Part shown: positions 26,567 to 37,134 of the stretch, one piece after another
Layout: each line of letters opens with the position of its first letter
How positions within the stretch are numbered: the first letter of the stretch is position 1
Origin: Minisyncoccota bacterium
GTDB taxonomy: Bacteria; Patescibacteriota; Minisyncoccia; Phycocordibacterales; UBA9973
Length of the DNA stretch: 64,000 nt
Assembly (NCBI GenBank): GCA_041659785.1
Contig: JBAZXO010000001.1
Coordinates: 177,649-241,648, forward strand
Direction: 5' to 3'
The notes under the pieces: generated by a model
Told to the model about the DNA's origin: nothing
Databases searched by the model: none
Seen by the model: the letters and a program-made list of their open reading frames with translations, nothing else
Translations under genes and position numbers: made by a program

Positions 26567-28342
26567 TTAAATTATATTTTTAAATCCGCCTGCTTGTAAG
26601 TCCCAAAGTTTTTTATACAAACCGTCTTTTTTGTTTACCAATTCATAATGAAGTCCGTCCTCAGTAATCTTTCCTTTTTCCAAAACAATAATTCGATCCA
26701 TTTCTCGAATAGTTGAAAGTCGATGTGCGATAACTATTGTCGTCTTACCTTTGATGAGTGTACGTAGAGCATCTTGAATTAAAGATTCAGAATGAGAATC
26801 AAGAGAAGATGTCGCTTCATCGAGAACAAGAATTGGAGCATTTTTAAGAATGGCCCGAGCAATAGCTACACGCTGACGTTCTCCACCCGAAAGCTTTACT
26901 CCTCGCTCGCCGACGTATGTCTCATAACCTTTAGGCAATGCATCGATAAATTCATCACAGTGTGCTAAGTGTGCAGCTATTAATACTTCTTCGTCTGTAG
27001 CGTCTCGCCTTCCGTAACGAATGTTTTCCATAAGAGTACGATGAAAGAGTACTGGATCTTGTGGCACGAAAGCTATATGTTCTCGAAGATTTTTCTGGGA
27101 AATATTTTTTATATCAACTCCATCAATCATTACTTTACCAGAAGTAATGTTGAACAATCTCATAAGGAGACGTACGAAAGTCGTCTTACCTGCCCCTGAT
27201 GAACCAACAATAGCAATCTTTTGTGAAGCTGGAATCGTCAAAGAAAAATGATCTAATACTTTAGAATTATTATTCTCATATATATAACTAACATCATCAA
27301 ATACGACTTCCCCTTTAACTTTATTTAAAGCTTGTGTCGAATTATCAATAATTTCATAAGGTGTATCGAGGATGATAGTCATTTCTTGCGCGTTGGCAAA
27401 ACTTTCATAATATGCACGCACAATAGCACCAAAACTCCATAAACCATCAACTAAACGAACAAAATAAAGCTGTAATAAAACAATCACGGGTAAAGTTACT
27501 AAGCCAAGTTTCCAATCATCAATAACCAACCAGAAAATAATAAATTCAGCACAAAAAGTATAGAAACTTTCTACAGTATTAAGCCCTTCCCAGAGATACC
27601 AGTTGAATGCTGTTTTGTTTTTTTGATCTTTAACAACTTCATCTATCTGGCTTTTTTCGTATTCATGTCCTGTGAACAACTGAATTGCTGAATGATTACC
27701 AATTGAATCAGACAAAGCACCAGTAGTTTTCGAATCAGCTTCTGAGGCGATGATATCGTATTTCAATTTATAGCGAATATAAATAAATGCTGTAATTAAA
27801 AATATAATACAGAAAATCCCTAAAATATAAGAATACTTTGGTACCAGTGTATAAAAAGCAATTATTATTCCTATTCCACGAACAAAAAGCGGTATGCCGT
27901 CAGCCATCATTCTGTCAGTTAATTTTTCGAAGGCGTTAGCGTATTTATTTATTTTTCTTACGAGAGAACCACCAAAATTATTTGCAAAAAAGGAATGCGA
28001 ATTTCCGATCATATAAGAAAATGCCTGCTTGCGCAGACCAGCAATAGTATTAGCTTCAAAATATGCAAGTGAAAATCCTGAAGTTCTGCGGATTATCCAA
28101 CGAATAAAGTTTAACAATAAAATAAAAAGAATTACAGACTTAGCGACAGAAACTACTGAAAAATTATTGGCGCTTAAAACATTCCAAAGTTTTAAGTATT
28201 GAAATGGTATATAGACATCAAGGATAGAAGCAATTGTTGTACAAACAACAACAGAAAAAAATGACACCTTGAAGCGTTTTACTACTTGCCAATAATATTT
28301 AAGCACCAAACCTCGGTGCAGATTTGAGTAATCTTTTTCCAT
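26567..28342 (-). CDS. ABC exporter, fused TM + ATPase (MsbA/MdlB-like)
   Basis: GSSGAGKT, LSGGERQR, LDEATS, IAHRLST. Confidence 0.93.
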   Translation of the reverse strand: MEKDYSNLHRGLVLKYYWQVVKRFKVSFFSVVVCTTIASILDVYIPFQYLKLWNVLSANNFSVVSVAKSVILFILLLNFIRWIIRRTSGFSLAYFEANTIAGLRKQAFSYMIGNSHSFFANNFGGSLVRKINKYANAFEKLTDRMMADGIPLFVRGIGIIIAFYTLVPKYSYILGIFCIIFLITAFIYIRYKLKYDIIASEADSKTTGALSDSIGNHSAIQLFTGHEYEKSQIDEVVKDQKNKTAFNWYLWEGLNTVESFYTFCAEFIIFWLVIDDWKLGLVTLPVIVLLQLYFVRLVDGLWSFGAIVRAYYESFANAQEMTIILDTPYEIIDNSTQALNKVKGEVVFDDVSYIYENNNSKVLDHFSLTIPASQKIAIVGSSGAGKTTFVRLLMRLFNITSGKVMIDGVDIKNISQKNLREHIAFVPQDPVLFHRTLMENIRYGRRDATDEEVLIAAHLAHCDEFIDALPKGYETYVGERGVKLSGGERQRVAIARAILKNAPILVLDEATSSLDSHSESLIQDALRTLIKGKTTIVIAHRLSTIREMDRIIVLEKGKITEDGLHYELVNKKDGLYKKLWDLQAGGFKNII

Positions 28343-28397
28343 TAGTCCCTATTATATCACAAAAACCCTTTATTACAAAGCTTTAATTGAAATATTT

Positions 28398-30881
28398 TTA
28401 TAATGCTGGAGCTGGGGTGGATGTAGGAGTAGGTGCTGGGTCTGGGGCTGGAGAACCACCTCCCCCACTTACTGTGGGGACTCCTCCTCCGGAAGGAGGA
28501 GAGGAAGTCGTGCTTTCCCCTCCTTGTGGAGGAGGGGTGCCTCCGCCAGACGGAGGCGGGGTGGTAGTAGTTGTTGGTGCAGGTGTAGGCGTAGAAATTA
28601 ATGCTGTGGGTGGAGGTGTATTATTTTGCAAAAATGTTTGCAACTCTGTTTCAGTCACACAGGTATTGTTAATACATATTTTATCTTTTGCATGGAAACT
28701 TCCTGCAAACACATCCCCTATCCCATTTGTAACATCTGCGAGCCATGCACCCACTTTCGTATAAACATTATTAAAGAAGGCTGTCACGAAAGATTCAGTA
28801 GCGGGTGAAATGGTCTGCCCTGAACTTAGCTGAAGGGTGCCAGAAACTGCGTTTATGTTTAGATTAAGTTCTTGTAAAGCTTTAGTTAATATTGGAATAA
28901 CACCAGTAGTATTTAGAGATTTCATTCCTTCTACATCAGTCGCTACTAATTTAGGAACTACAGTTTCGACTTCTTGAGCGATAAAACCTAAATTTTTAAT
29001 AGAACCATCTACTTCATAATTCCAATTATAAACAACTGGTCTTAACTTCATTATTGTATCTAATCCATAATTAATATCTTCAATATTTTTCTTCATTCTT
29101 ACATCTGAAGTACAAGATATAGTTCCTCCAGTAGCTAAGGTACATCCTGTGGTATTTACATCGGTAAATTTTGCAATTATAGCTCCAGTTCCAGTGCCTT
29201 TTACCTCCAAAGGAATAGTCGTACCAGTTATTCCAATACCCACATTCCCCGTACTCCCTACTTGTAATCCTGTATATGCAATATTGTAAGCTTGAGAGGC
29301 GACAGTTTGAGAAGTTGAAACAGTGAGGCTTGTGGTTGAGCCAAATGCAGTAATTGTTCCTGCATTCGTACCATCCGCAAATACGAATTGCGAACCTACC
29401 ATTGCGGAAGTGAATGTCGTACCTACACCAGTGATTGTAGTCAAAGATTGAGATGCTGTGCCTGTGCTGTATTGAGTAGGGGTGACGGAGAGGATACCAG
29501 CAGGTACAAGTGTTCCAATGCCAAGATTTCCATTAATTGTTAATTTTTGTCCTGTAAGAGATCCTGCTGTGCCTGAAAAGGTTCCATAAAGGAGAGAGTA
29601 GTTTTTGTCATTCGCAAGCGTAGTCTGAAGCACATTATTTACATAAAAAGCGTTAGAATCAATTTCATTATAACCAGCTGAATATCCTAAGGCGACATTA
29701 TTGTTTCCTGTGGAGTTTGTATAAAGAGCATTAGCACCATTCGCGGTATTATAATAACCTATAGTGTTTAAATAGAGAGATTTATAACCATTTGCGGTAT
29801 TTTCCGATCCTGTGACAAAAATAGAATCATCCATGTTAATAGCCGTACCAGTATTAGAGTAAAGAGCATCTTTGCCATTCGCAGTGTTGCCATCTCCTAT
29901 AATATTTGAATAAAGAGCATTAGCACCATTCGCGGTATTACTATCGCCACTGAATCCTATAAAACAACCAGGTTCTAAAGGATTACAAGTACGAGTTATT
30001 GAAGCGTTAGAATAAAGAGAACTTAAACCAATAGCAGTGTTATTGCCACCAGAAGTATTCGAATATAAAGCTGAGTCACCAATTGCCACGTTGGAGGAAC
30101 CTGTAGTATTACTAAAAAGTGCTTCTGTTCCGCTTGCTAAATTGGCAGAACCAGTTGTATTAGAAAATAAAGCAGACTCACCTTGTGCAATATTATACAA
30201 TCCAGTCATTGTTAAATTTCCACCATCACCAAAAAAATAATTACTTAGGGAAGGATCAGCTGTAACAATATTAACACCCGCATATTTATAAGCAGAGCCT
30301 GAAGAAATATTTATATTCCCCACAACGTCAAGTTTTTGTGAAGGAGTAGTCGTCCCGATTCCAATATTTCCATTCCCTAATACTGAAAATCTTGTTCCCC
30401 CAACTAAAGTGTAAGCTACACCAGAGTTTGCAAGGGTAATAGCATCTGTGGTCATGGAAGTATCTGAAGCAATGGCAGAAATAGTTACAGTCTGACCTGT
30501 GGTTGCTGGTATTGTAATTGTGTCTCCAACTTTAAATGTATTGGTAAATTTTGTACCTACACCCGTGACTGTGGTACCGCCAGCATCATTTGAAACTGTT
30601 CCTATTCCTGTTGTTTCTTGAGCGACTTGAAATTTCGCAGTCGGTGCATTTGTACCGATACCATAAAAAAGTGTCGTTGGGTTTACATAAATTTGATCAA
30701 CCGCGCAGTTTGTATCTGTGGGACCACAAGTAGGATTCAATGTCTCTCCTGGTGCAAAGCGGGTACTAGGTGGAGAAGCAAAAACAAAAGTCGTGACCGT
30801 AAAAAAAGATGCAAATATAAATAACCCGATAAGAAAGAAATTTTTATGCATTTTTTGAATTGTTAATTTTTTGAGATACAT
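28398..30881 (-). CDS. tail-fibre/adhesin-like protein with peptidase S74 chaperone domain and Pro/Thr/Gly tail
   Basis: Signal/TM segment, NTTG repeats, SDVRMKKNI...GFIAQEVE; start refined to ATG 6 nt after TGTTATAAT. Confidence 0.75.
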   Translation of the reverse strand: MYLKKLTIQKMHKNFFLIGLFIFASFFTVTTFVFASPPSTRFAPGETLNPTCGPTDTNCAVDQIYVNPTTLFYGIGTNAPTAKFQVAQETTGIGTVSNDAGGTTVTGVGTKFTNTFKVGDTITIPATTGQTVTISAIASDTSMTTDAITLANSGVAYTLVGGTRFSVLGNGNIGIGTTTPSQKLDVVGNINISSGSAYKYAGVNIVTADPSLSNYFFGDGGNLTMTGLYNIAQGESALFSNTTGSANLASGTEALFSNTTGSSNVAIGDSALYSNTSGGNNTAIGLSSLYSNASITRTCNPLEPGCFIGFSGDSNTANGANALYSNIIGDGNTANGKDALYSNTGTAINMDDSIFVTGSENTANGYKSLYLNTIGYYNTANGANALYTNSTGNNNVALGYSAGYNEIDSNAFYVNNVLQTTLANDKNYSLLYGTFSGTAGSLTGQKLTINGNLGIGTLVPAGILSVTPTQYSTGTASQSLTTITGVGTTFTSAMVGSQFVFADGTNAGTITAFGSTTSLTVSTSQTVASQAYNIAYTGLQVGSTGNVGIGITGTTIPLEVKGTGTGAIIAKFTDVNTTGCTLATGGTISCTSDVRMKKNIEDINYGLDTIMKLRPVVYNWNYEVDGSIKNLGFIAQEVETVVPKLVATDVEGMKSLNTTGVIPILTKALQELNLNINAVSGTLQLSSGQTISPATESFVTAFFNNVYTKVGAWLADVTNGIGDVFAGSFHAKDKICINNTCVTETELQTFLQNNTPPPTALISTPTPAPTTTTTPPPSGGGTPPPQGGESTTSSPPSGGGVPTVSGGGGSPAPDPAPTPTSTPAPAL

Positions 30882-30888
30882 ATATTTA

Positions 30889-32649
30889 TTATAACAAAAA
30901 ATTCTGATTAATGATCCCCCTCTTTGCATTAATTATACCAGAAGTATAAACAGTAGTATATGATTCATCTGGATTCTTGCGGTCTATGGTAATGTGATAT
31001 TCGCCTTTAGCAAGCAGACAATAATAATGACCATATTTATCAGCAACACGGTGGAATATCTCTTGCGGAAAACCTTTTCTAAACACGCGGACAATAGCAA
31101 AGGACATTGGTGTTTTGGTTTTAGCATCCATAATCGTCCCTAGAGTTTTAGGTTTTAAAAATAGCCGAATGATAAGAAGTAAAACGTAAATAGCAATAAT
31201 TATAAGATTCAACTTATTAGGATTAATAGCCAACAGAACAGTAGCAGAAATAAATCCAAGATAAAAAAGATTGGTTGAAATAATATTAATTATCCTTGCG
31301 TTTTTTGAATAAAATACCATGAGTTTCTTGTCACGTTTTGCAAACTCATTCCAGTCGAAGGCAAGGGGGTCCATTGGGATGTTTTTAGTGATGACTGTAT
31401 TTTCATTTAGAATAACTTCTCCACCGAAGTATAGATTGTCATAAAGTTCATCTCTAGTCTTTCCAGCAAGTTTTATGGAAGGTGCTTGATAGTTTGTTTT
31501 TCTTGTTGTAATTTCGTACGGACCTGGAGGTGCCAGAAAACCAAAACGTCCATCTAAGTCTGTTATGGCTGTGCCCACTTCTTTTCCTTCTTTATTTTTT
31601 AGAACTACATAGACTGGATCGAGTGGTTGCTTGGTAACACTATCATAAACCGTCCCCCAGGGTGCACGTTTTTTCCTTAAACCAAGTGATACCAGAAGAA
31701 CACTCCAAAGACGAAAAATTAAAAGGGGTACATCGGCAAAAGAAAATACATTCCCAGCAAGGGAAATTGCGACGACAGAACTTCCACCAAGAACACCGAC
31801 ACCGGAGACAGTTTTTGAAGCGATGGAACCAGCAGAAGTATTAACAAATCTAACAACATTTTTTCTTATTGTCCTAGTTGTTTTATCTACAAGAGTTACT
31901 CCTTTTTTAAAAGACTCAAAAATTGTTGTAGTAACTGAAGGTAATGATTGAGTGCCGCCACTGACTCCACCCCCAACATTTCCCGTAAATCCTGGGGTTG
32001 GTGTTGGACTCGGAATCGGAGTAGGTGTGGGATTAGGAGTCGGGGTTGGGGTTGGGGTAGGAGTTGGTGTTGGTGTAGGAGTTGGTGTCGGGGTCGGGGT
32101 TGGGGTTGGGGTTGGTGTAGGATGACCTCCCCCACCACTTTCGCTAGGACGTAAACTAAATGGTTTCCAATCAGTTTGCAAATAGAAATTATCAGTTCCG
32201 CATGAATTATCATCTAAACAATTAAAACTAATCCATCCTAAATTTTGACTCCATGCATAACCATGAAAAATTCCTAAATTATCAATAGTAACTCCTCCTC
32301 GTGTGGGCGCAAAATTAATCCAACCAGTATTTTGCCCCCAAGCATAACCAGCGAGATGACCTTCCGCATCATTAGTCACACCTCCATTCGTTGGTGCTAA
32401 ATTGATCCACCCAGCTAATTCACTCCATGCATTACCTGTAAGTCTAGAATCTGTAACATGTACATTTCCTAAAACAAGAGCAAAATTAATTTTCCCGACA
32501 TTACTATCTAAACCTTTTGCGTATTTATGAACACCATCTATCGTCCCATCAGTAGCGGAAGCATATGCAAAAAGTGGTACTGAAAACACAAAAAGACCTA
32601 AAAGTAACAAATTTTTTAGATATAAACTAAAAATTTTTTTATTTAACAT
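30889..32649 (-). CDS. membrane/surface protein with PT linker and carboxypeptidase-regulatory-like domains
   Basis: GYAWxxNxGWINF repeats, (PT)n linker, TDLDGRFG, TM segments. Confidence 0.75.
   Translation of the reverse strand: MLNKKIFSLYLKNLLLLGLFVFSVPLFAYASATDGTIDGVHKYAKGLDSNVGKINFALVLGNVHVTDSRLTGNAWSELAGWINLAPTNGGVTNDAEGHLAGYAWGQNTGWINFAPTRGGVTIDNLGIFHGYAWSQNLGWISFNCLDDNSCGTDNFYLQTDWKPFSLRPSESGGGGHPTPTPTPTPTPTPTPTPTPTPTPTPTPTPNPTPTPIPSPTPTPGFTGNVGGGVSGGTQSLPSVTTTIFESFKKGVTLVDKTTRTIRKNVVRFVNTSAGSIASKTVSGVGVLGGSSVVAISLAGNVFSFADVPLLIFRLWSVLLVSLGLRKKRAPWGTVYDSVTKQPLDPVYVVLKNKEGKEVGTAITDLDGRFGFLAPPGPYEITTRKTNYQAPSIKLAGKTRDELYDNLYFGGEVILNENTVITKNIPMDPLAFDWNEFAKRDKKLMVFYSKNARIINIISTNLFYLGFISATVLLAINPNKLNLIIIAIYVLLLIIRLFLKPKTLGTIMDAKTKTPMSFAIVRVFRKGFPQEIFHRVADKYGHYYCLLAKGEYHITIDRKNPDESYTTVYTSGIINAKRGIINQNFLL
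31993..32121 (-). repeat. Pro-Thr hexanucleotide coding repeat
   Basis: About 20 PT units encoded by mixed synonymous codons. Confidence 0.8.
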
Positions 32650-32744
32650 TTTATTTACGCTAACCCTTGTATTATATCAATATATATTTTGAAATAAAAG
32701 ATATTTGTGGATAACTTTCTAAAGAAGTAAGCTCTTAACAAAGA

Positions 32745-34211
32745 TTACTCATCTAAAATTTCAAAATCATTACCATCTTCTGGTATAACCTTTTTCCGAC
32801 GAATAAAATAAACCGCGCCTGCCGAAGCTCCTATAAAAATAACTGAGGTAATTATGGGTAAATATGAATTACTGGGACTATTTTCTGGTGTATTACTTTG
32901 GATTGCTGAAGAAGTCAAATCCTCTGGAATAGAACTAAGATTAGTATCAATAACCCCTCCTAACCTCCCCTTATCAAGGGAGGAAAAAGATCCAGAACGT
33001 CCCCCTGATAAGGGGGATTTAGGGGGTTGCACTACTGCCAGGTCTTGCCTAACGGTATAATCAAATACAACTCCTCCTTCTCTATTTATTAATTTTAAAG
33101 TATCTTTATCGGTAATTGAAAAATTTGTAATTCTAGGAGAAATAATCATCTTCTTTTTTGATACCAAAATTGTATTCTTTGGAATCATAAAACTTTTTCC
33201 ATCACTTACTAAAAACCAATTTGAAATGTCAGCATTGTAAAGAGTATTATTCGAAAGCTCTACAAAAAAATCTTTTTCATCACCCACGCTAGATATCGAG
33301 ATGTCTGCTCCAACTATTTTTATATTAATTTCATCTATAGCATCCGGAATGTCCGAATAATTATTAGAATAATAAGAAAGAGACACAACATATTCTCCAG
33401 GGTAAAAATATGCATGAGTAAATTTACTACTATTTATCATTTGTATTTCTTTGGAATCTCCATCACCAAAATTCCAAAAATACTTTCCGTAATGCAACTG
33501 CTCTCCGCCATATCCTAATGTCGTAGCATCAAAAGGTAGTGGTAAATTAACAAAACCAAAAGTCTTGCTTATAATTTTAGTTTTAATTTTAGGTATTTCG
33601 GATACTTTCTTCTGTTCTGGTATTGTATTTGAACTTAAAGGAACAGAAGAAATTGGATTTCCGCCACCAGTTGTAGAAGTTGATGTAGTAGATGTTCCAC
33701 CATTTATTTCTCCAGGTGTGGGAGTAGACCCTACCCAAGAGCCTGATATTTTTTGTAAAGAATTTCCATCACCCGCTCCGCCTAAGGATGTTGTATAAGA
33801 AACTTCATCAATAACACTTCCATCTTGATCTAAAATTTTTAATGTTGTACCAGTATTATTTAAACTTGTAAAACCTGTGTCATACACAGAGCCAGCAAAA
33901 GAAGAGTGCTCTGCCAAGAAAGTATCTTTGTCTCCAGTAAAAATTACATAACCATTAGCCGGAATAGAGAAATTCACTTCACCGTTTATTGTTCTGTTCC
34001 CTCCTCCATCATAAAACCTCCATTTCGAAGCATCGACAGAAACTTCGTTAGATCCAGAATTGTAAATTTCTACCCATTCTCTACTTTTTCCGTTTATCGA
34101 ATCAGAACCCGATAAATCATAGTTTATTTCATTGATACTTAAACCAGCAAAAGCTAAACGACACGCTGAAAAGAAAAAAACCAACACAAAAACTGAAATT
34201 GATTTCTTCAT
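32745..34211 (-). CDS. lamin-tail-domain + PKD-domain surface protein, C-terminal TM anchor
   Basis: INEINYD, EWVEIYN, LNNTG, PTPG, YFWNFGDG, TM followed by RRKK. Confidence 0.82.
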   Translation of the reverse strand: MKKSISVFVLVFFFSACRLAFAGLSINEINYDLSGSDSINGKSREWVEIYNSGSNEVSVDASKWRFYDGGGNRTINGEVNFSIPANGYVIFTGDKDTFLAEHSSFAGSVYDTGFTSLNNTGTTLKILDQDGSVIDEVSYTTSLGGAGDGNSLQKISGSWVGSTPTPGEINGGTSTTSTSTTGGGNPISSVPLSSNTIPEQKKVSEIPKIKTKIISKTFGFVNLPLPFDATTLGYGGEQLHYGKYFWNFGDGDSKEIQMINSSKFTHAYFYPGEYVVSLSYYSNNYSDIPDAIDEINIKIVGADISISSVGDEKDFFVELSNNTLYNADISNWFLVSDGKSFMIPKNTILVSKKKMIISPRITNFSITDKDTLKLINREGGVVFDYTVRQDLAVVQPPKSPLSGGRSGSFSSLDKGRLGGVIDTNLSSIPEDLTSSAIQSNTPENSPSNSYLPIITSVIFIGASAGAVYFIRRKKVIPEDGNDFEILDE

Positions 34212-34254
34212 CGTAAAAATTTTTTAATATTTTATAATATGCTACAATATTACC

Positions 34255-35256
34255 ATGACTACTAATGAAAATAAAATAGATTTTTTGGCAATTGGGGATA
34301 TTGTTATAGATTGTTTTATAAAATTAAAACAGGCAAACATACAAGGTACCCCAGACAGTAAAAATTATGAGATTTGTATGCCTTATGCTGACAAGGTTCC
34401 CTATGAAGAAGTTTTTATCTTACCTGCTGTCGGCAACGCAGGAAATGTTGCGGTCGCAGCTTCTAGGCTCGGACTTCAAACAAAACTCATTTCCAACGTT
34501 GGTGATGATAAAGAAGGTGTAGACTGTTTGAATTCACTTAAAAAAGACAGGGTCGGCACAGAGTTTATTAAAATAAATACTGGAATAAAAACAAATTATC
34601 ATTATGTATTATGGTATGAAGCTGATCGAACTATTTTAATTAAACATGAAATTTATCCTTACAGTTTGCCAGAAGTTGCTCCACCAAAGTGGATTTATTT
34701 TAGTTCGGTAAACGAAACAGCTTTTCCTTTTCATTACGCTATTGCCGACTATTTAGATGCTCATCCAGAAACAAAATTTGCATTTGAGCCAGGTAAATTT
34801 GAAATAAAATTAGGTAAAGAAAAATTACAAAGACTTTATAAACATGCAGATATGTTTTTCTGTAATGTAGAAGAAGCAAGAAAAATATTGGGATTAGATA
34901 GTGGAGAAATAAAGAAACTTCTCACGAAAATAAATGAACTAGGACCAAAAACAGTAGTCATCACCGACGGACCCAAGGGTGCTTATGCTTATGACGGAAG
35001 TGACACTTGGTTTATTGAACCTTACCCAGATCCAAAGCCTCCCTACGAACGCACTGGTGCCGGAGATGCTTTTTCTTCTACTGTGGTAGCTGCAATTATT
35101 TTAGGAAAAACTTTACCAGAAGCTCTTGCTTGGGCAGGAATCAATTCAATGTCTGTAGTCCAAGAAGTTGGTGCGCAAAAAGGACTCCTCTCAAAAGAAA
35201 AACTAGAAGAATATCTAAAAAACGCTCCTGCAGACTACAAAGCAGAAAAAATATAG
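34255..35256 (+). CDS. PfkB/ribokinase family carbohydrate kinase
   Basis: GNAGNVAV, VGDD, ITDGPKG, ERTGAGDAF. Confidence 0.92.
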   Translation: MTTNENKIDFLAIGDIVIDCFIKLKQANIQGTPDSKNYEICMPYADKVPYEEVFILPAVGNAGNVAVAASRLGLQTKLISNVGDDKEGVDCLNSLKKDRVGTEFIKINTGIKTNYHYVLWYEADRTILIKHEIYPYSLPEVAPPKWIYFSSVNETAFPFHYAIADYLDAHPETKFAFEPGKFEIKLGKEKLQRLYKHADMFFCNVEEARKILGLDSGEIKKLLTKINELGPKTVVITDGPKGAYAYDGSDTWFIEPYPDPKPPYERTGAGDAFSSTVVAAIILGKTLPEALAWAGINSMSVVQEVGAQKGLLSKEKLEEYLKNAPADYKAEKI

Positions 35257-35267
35257 AAAAAAGTTTT

Positions 35268-36266
35268 TTATATTTTTCTCTTTAGCACTTTTTTCACTGC
35301 TTCTTTTATAGAATTTTTTCCCATGCTGTAATGTTCTATAAGTTCATCTGGAGTACCTGACTGACCAAATTTATCTTTTATCCCAATGAATTCTATGGGT
35401 GTTGGGGAATTTTGCGCTAGGACTTCTGCCACAGCCGAACCCATTCCTCCCGATATCTGATGCTCCTCTACTGTTACTATTGCTTTGCATTCTTTTGCTA
35501 AAGATATTATTGCTTCAGTATCTATCGGCTTAATGGAAGCTAAATTCATTACTTTACTTTTTATTCCTTCAACTTCTAACTCTTTCGCAGCGAGTAATGC
35601 ACGATGCATCAAACCACCAGTAACAATTATCCCCACCTCTGCAAGACCCACATCTGGCATCCAGTAAATTTCTGCTTTATTTATATTAAAAGGAGTTTCT
35701 TCTGTAGTTATGATTGGTGTCTTCTCGCGAACTAAACGCAAATATGCTGGTTCTTTCGTTTTTGCTAATGCGAGCGTAGCCTTTTTCGCTTCTATCGCAT
35801 CGCAAGGAGAAATGACATCCATATTCGGCATCACACGCATAAGAGCAATATCTTCTAATGCTTGATGTGTACCTCCGTCAGGACCCACAGAAATACCAGA
35901 ATGTGAGCCGACGATTACAACTTTTCTATCGTTATAAGCTATCGTCGTTCTTATCTGTTCCCAATTTCTACCCGGAGAGAACATCGCATAAGAAGAACAA
36001 AAAGGAATTTTACCCATCGCAGCTAAACCTGAAGAAACTGTTGCAAGATTTTGTTCAGCAACTCCTACTTGGATAAATCTCCCCGGAAACTTATCAGCAA
36101 ATAAATTCATCTGCGTGCTTTCTGTAAGATCAGCGCAAAGCCCTACGACATTCTCATTTATTTCCCCTGCTGCAAGTAAACCTTGTCCGAAACCTTTTCG
36201 GATTGGAACCTGTTCAACGTCATCGTTGAAAATTTTTGAATTTAATTTTAATTTTGGATTAAGCAT
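35268..36266 (-). CDS. transketolase, C-terminal subunit
   Basis: GVAEQN, VGPDGGTHQ, TVEEH. Confidence 0.94.
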   Translation of the reverse strand: MLNPKLKLNSKIFNDDVEQVPIRKGFGQGLLAAGEINENVVGLCADLTESTQMNLFADKFPGRFIQVGVAEQNLATVSSGLAAMGKIPFCSSYAMFSPGRNWEQIRTTIAYNDRKVVIVGSHSGISVGPDGGTHQALEDIALMRVMPNMDVISPCDAIEAKKATLALAKTKEPAYLRLVREKTPIITTEETPFNINKAEIYWMPDVGLAEVGIIVTGGLMHRALLAAKELEVEGIKSKVMNLASIKPIDTEAIISLAKECKAIVTVEEHQISGGMGSAVAEVLAQNSPTPIEFIGIKDKFGQSGTPDELIEHYSMGKNSIKEAVKKVLKRKI

Positions 36267-36287
36267 TTTTTGTTTCTTTGCTAAAGC

Positions 36288-37130
36288 CTAGGGCCTAAAA
36301 TTTCTTAATTCTTTTAATGCCATTTCCCCTTCTTCTTTTGTTGGTGGTTTACCATGCCATTTATAATTTCTCTCAAATTCTTTTACTCCTTTGCCAGGTA
36401 TTGTATGTGCGATGATAATTGTAGGCTTTTCATAAATAGCTTGCGCTTCCTCTACTACCTCATTTAAAGATCTAAAATCATGCCCAGAAACTTCTATCAC
36501 ATGCCAATTGAAAGATTTCCACTTTGCATGAAAGGGCTCTAGGGGCATTACGTCTTCGGTCACTCCTTCTATCTGAATATTATTTCTATCCACAACTGCT
36601 ATCAAATTTCTTAATTTATTTTTCCCTGCGAGCATGGCTGCTTCCCAAGTATTTCCCTCATCCATTTCCCCGTCAGACATAAAACAATAAATAAATCTAT
36701 CGTTTTCTTTTTTATCCATTTTGTCGGCGAGAGCCATGCCGACAGCTTGTGAAAGTCCAGAGCCTAGTGGGCCAGAAGAATTTTCTATATAAGGCAAATA
36801 TTCTCGATGAGGGTGACCTTGAAGTCTGGTGCCAAATTTTCTTAAAGTTTTTAATTCTTCTATTGGGAAATATCCTGCATGTGCCATCGTAGAATAAAGT
36901 ACCGGACAAATGTGGCCATTGGAAAGGACTAATCTATCTCTCTCTGGCCAAGATGGATTTTTCGGATCGTGTTTTAGAATATGAAAATAAAAAAGTGTAA
37001 AAATATCTGCCATACCGAGAGGTCCTGCAGTGTGTCCAGACTTTGCTTCTACGAGCATCTCAATAATAGAGATACGAATATCATTCGCTTTCTTTTCTAG
37101 CTCTAAAATTTTTTCTTCAGTTAAAAGCAT
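36288..37130 (-). CDS. transketolase, N-terminal (TPP-binding) subunit
   Basis: SGH, RDRLVLSNGH, LQGHP, SDGEMDEG. Confidence 0.94.
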   Translation of the reverse strand: MLLTEEKILELEKKANDIRISIIEMLVEAKSGHTAGPLGMADIFTLFYFHILKHDPKNPSWPERDRLVLSNGHICPVLYSTMAHAGYFPIEELKTLRKFGTRLQGHPHREYLPYIENSSGPLGSGLSQAVGMALADKMDKKENDRFIYCFMSDGEMDEGNTWEAAMLAGKNKLRNLIAVVDRNNIQIEGVTEDVMPLEPFHAKWKSFNWHVIEVSGHDFRSLNEVVEEAQAIYEKPTIIIAHTIPGKGVKEFERNYKWHGKPPTKEEGEMALKELRNFRP

Positions 37131-37134
37131 AATA

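Noticed and set aside
22702-30881. Prophage interpretation of the tail-fibre-like genes
   Set aside because: No capsid, terminase, portal or integrase genes; proteins have signal peptides and are interleaved with lepA
31993-32121. Short GC-rich repeat as a CRISPR array or phase-variable tract
   Set aside because: In-frame Pro-Thr linker with mixed codons and no spacers
32706-32714. DnaA box TGTGGATAA (variants near 10090 and 60595) as replication origin
   Set aside because: Isolated sites with no cluster and no dnaA nearby; may be single regulatory sites
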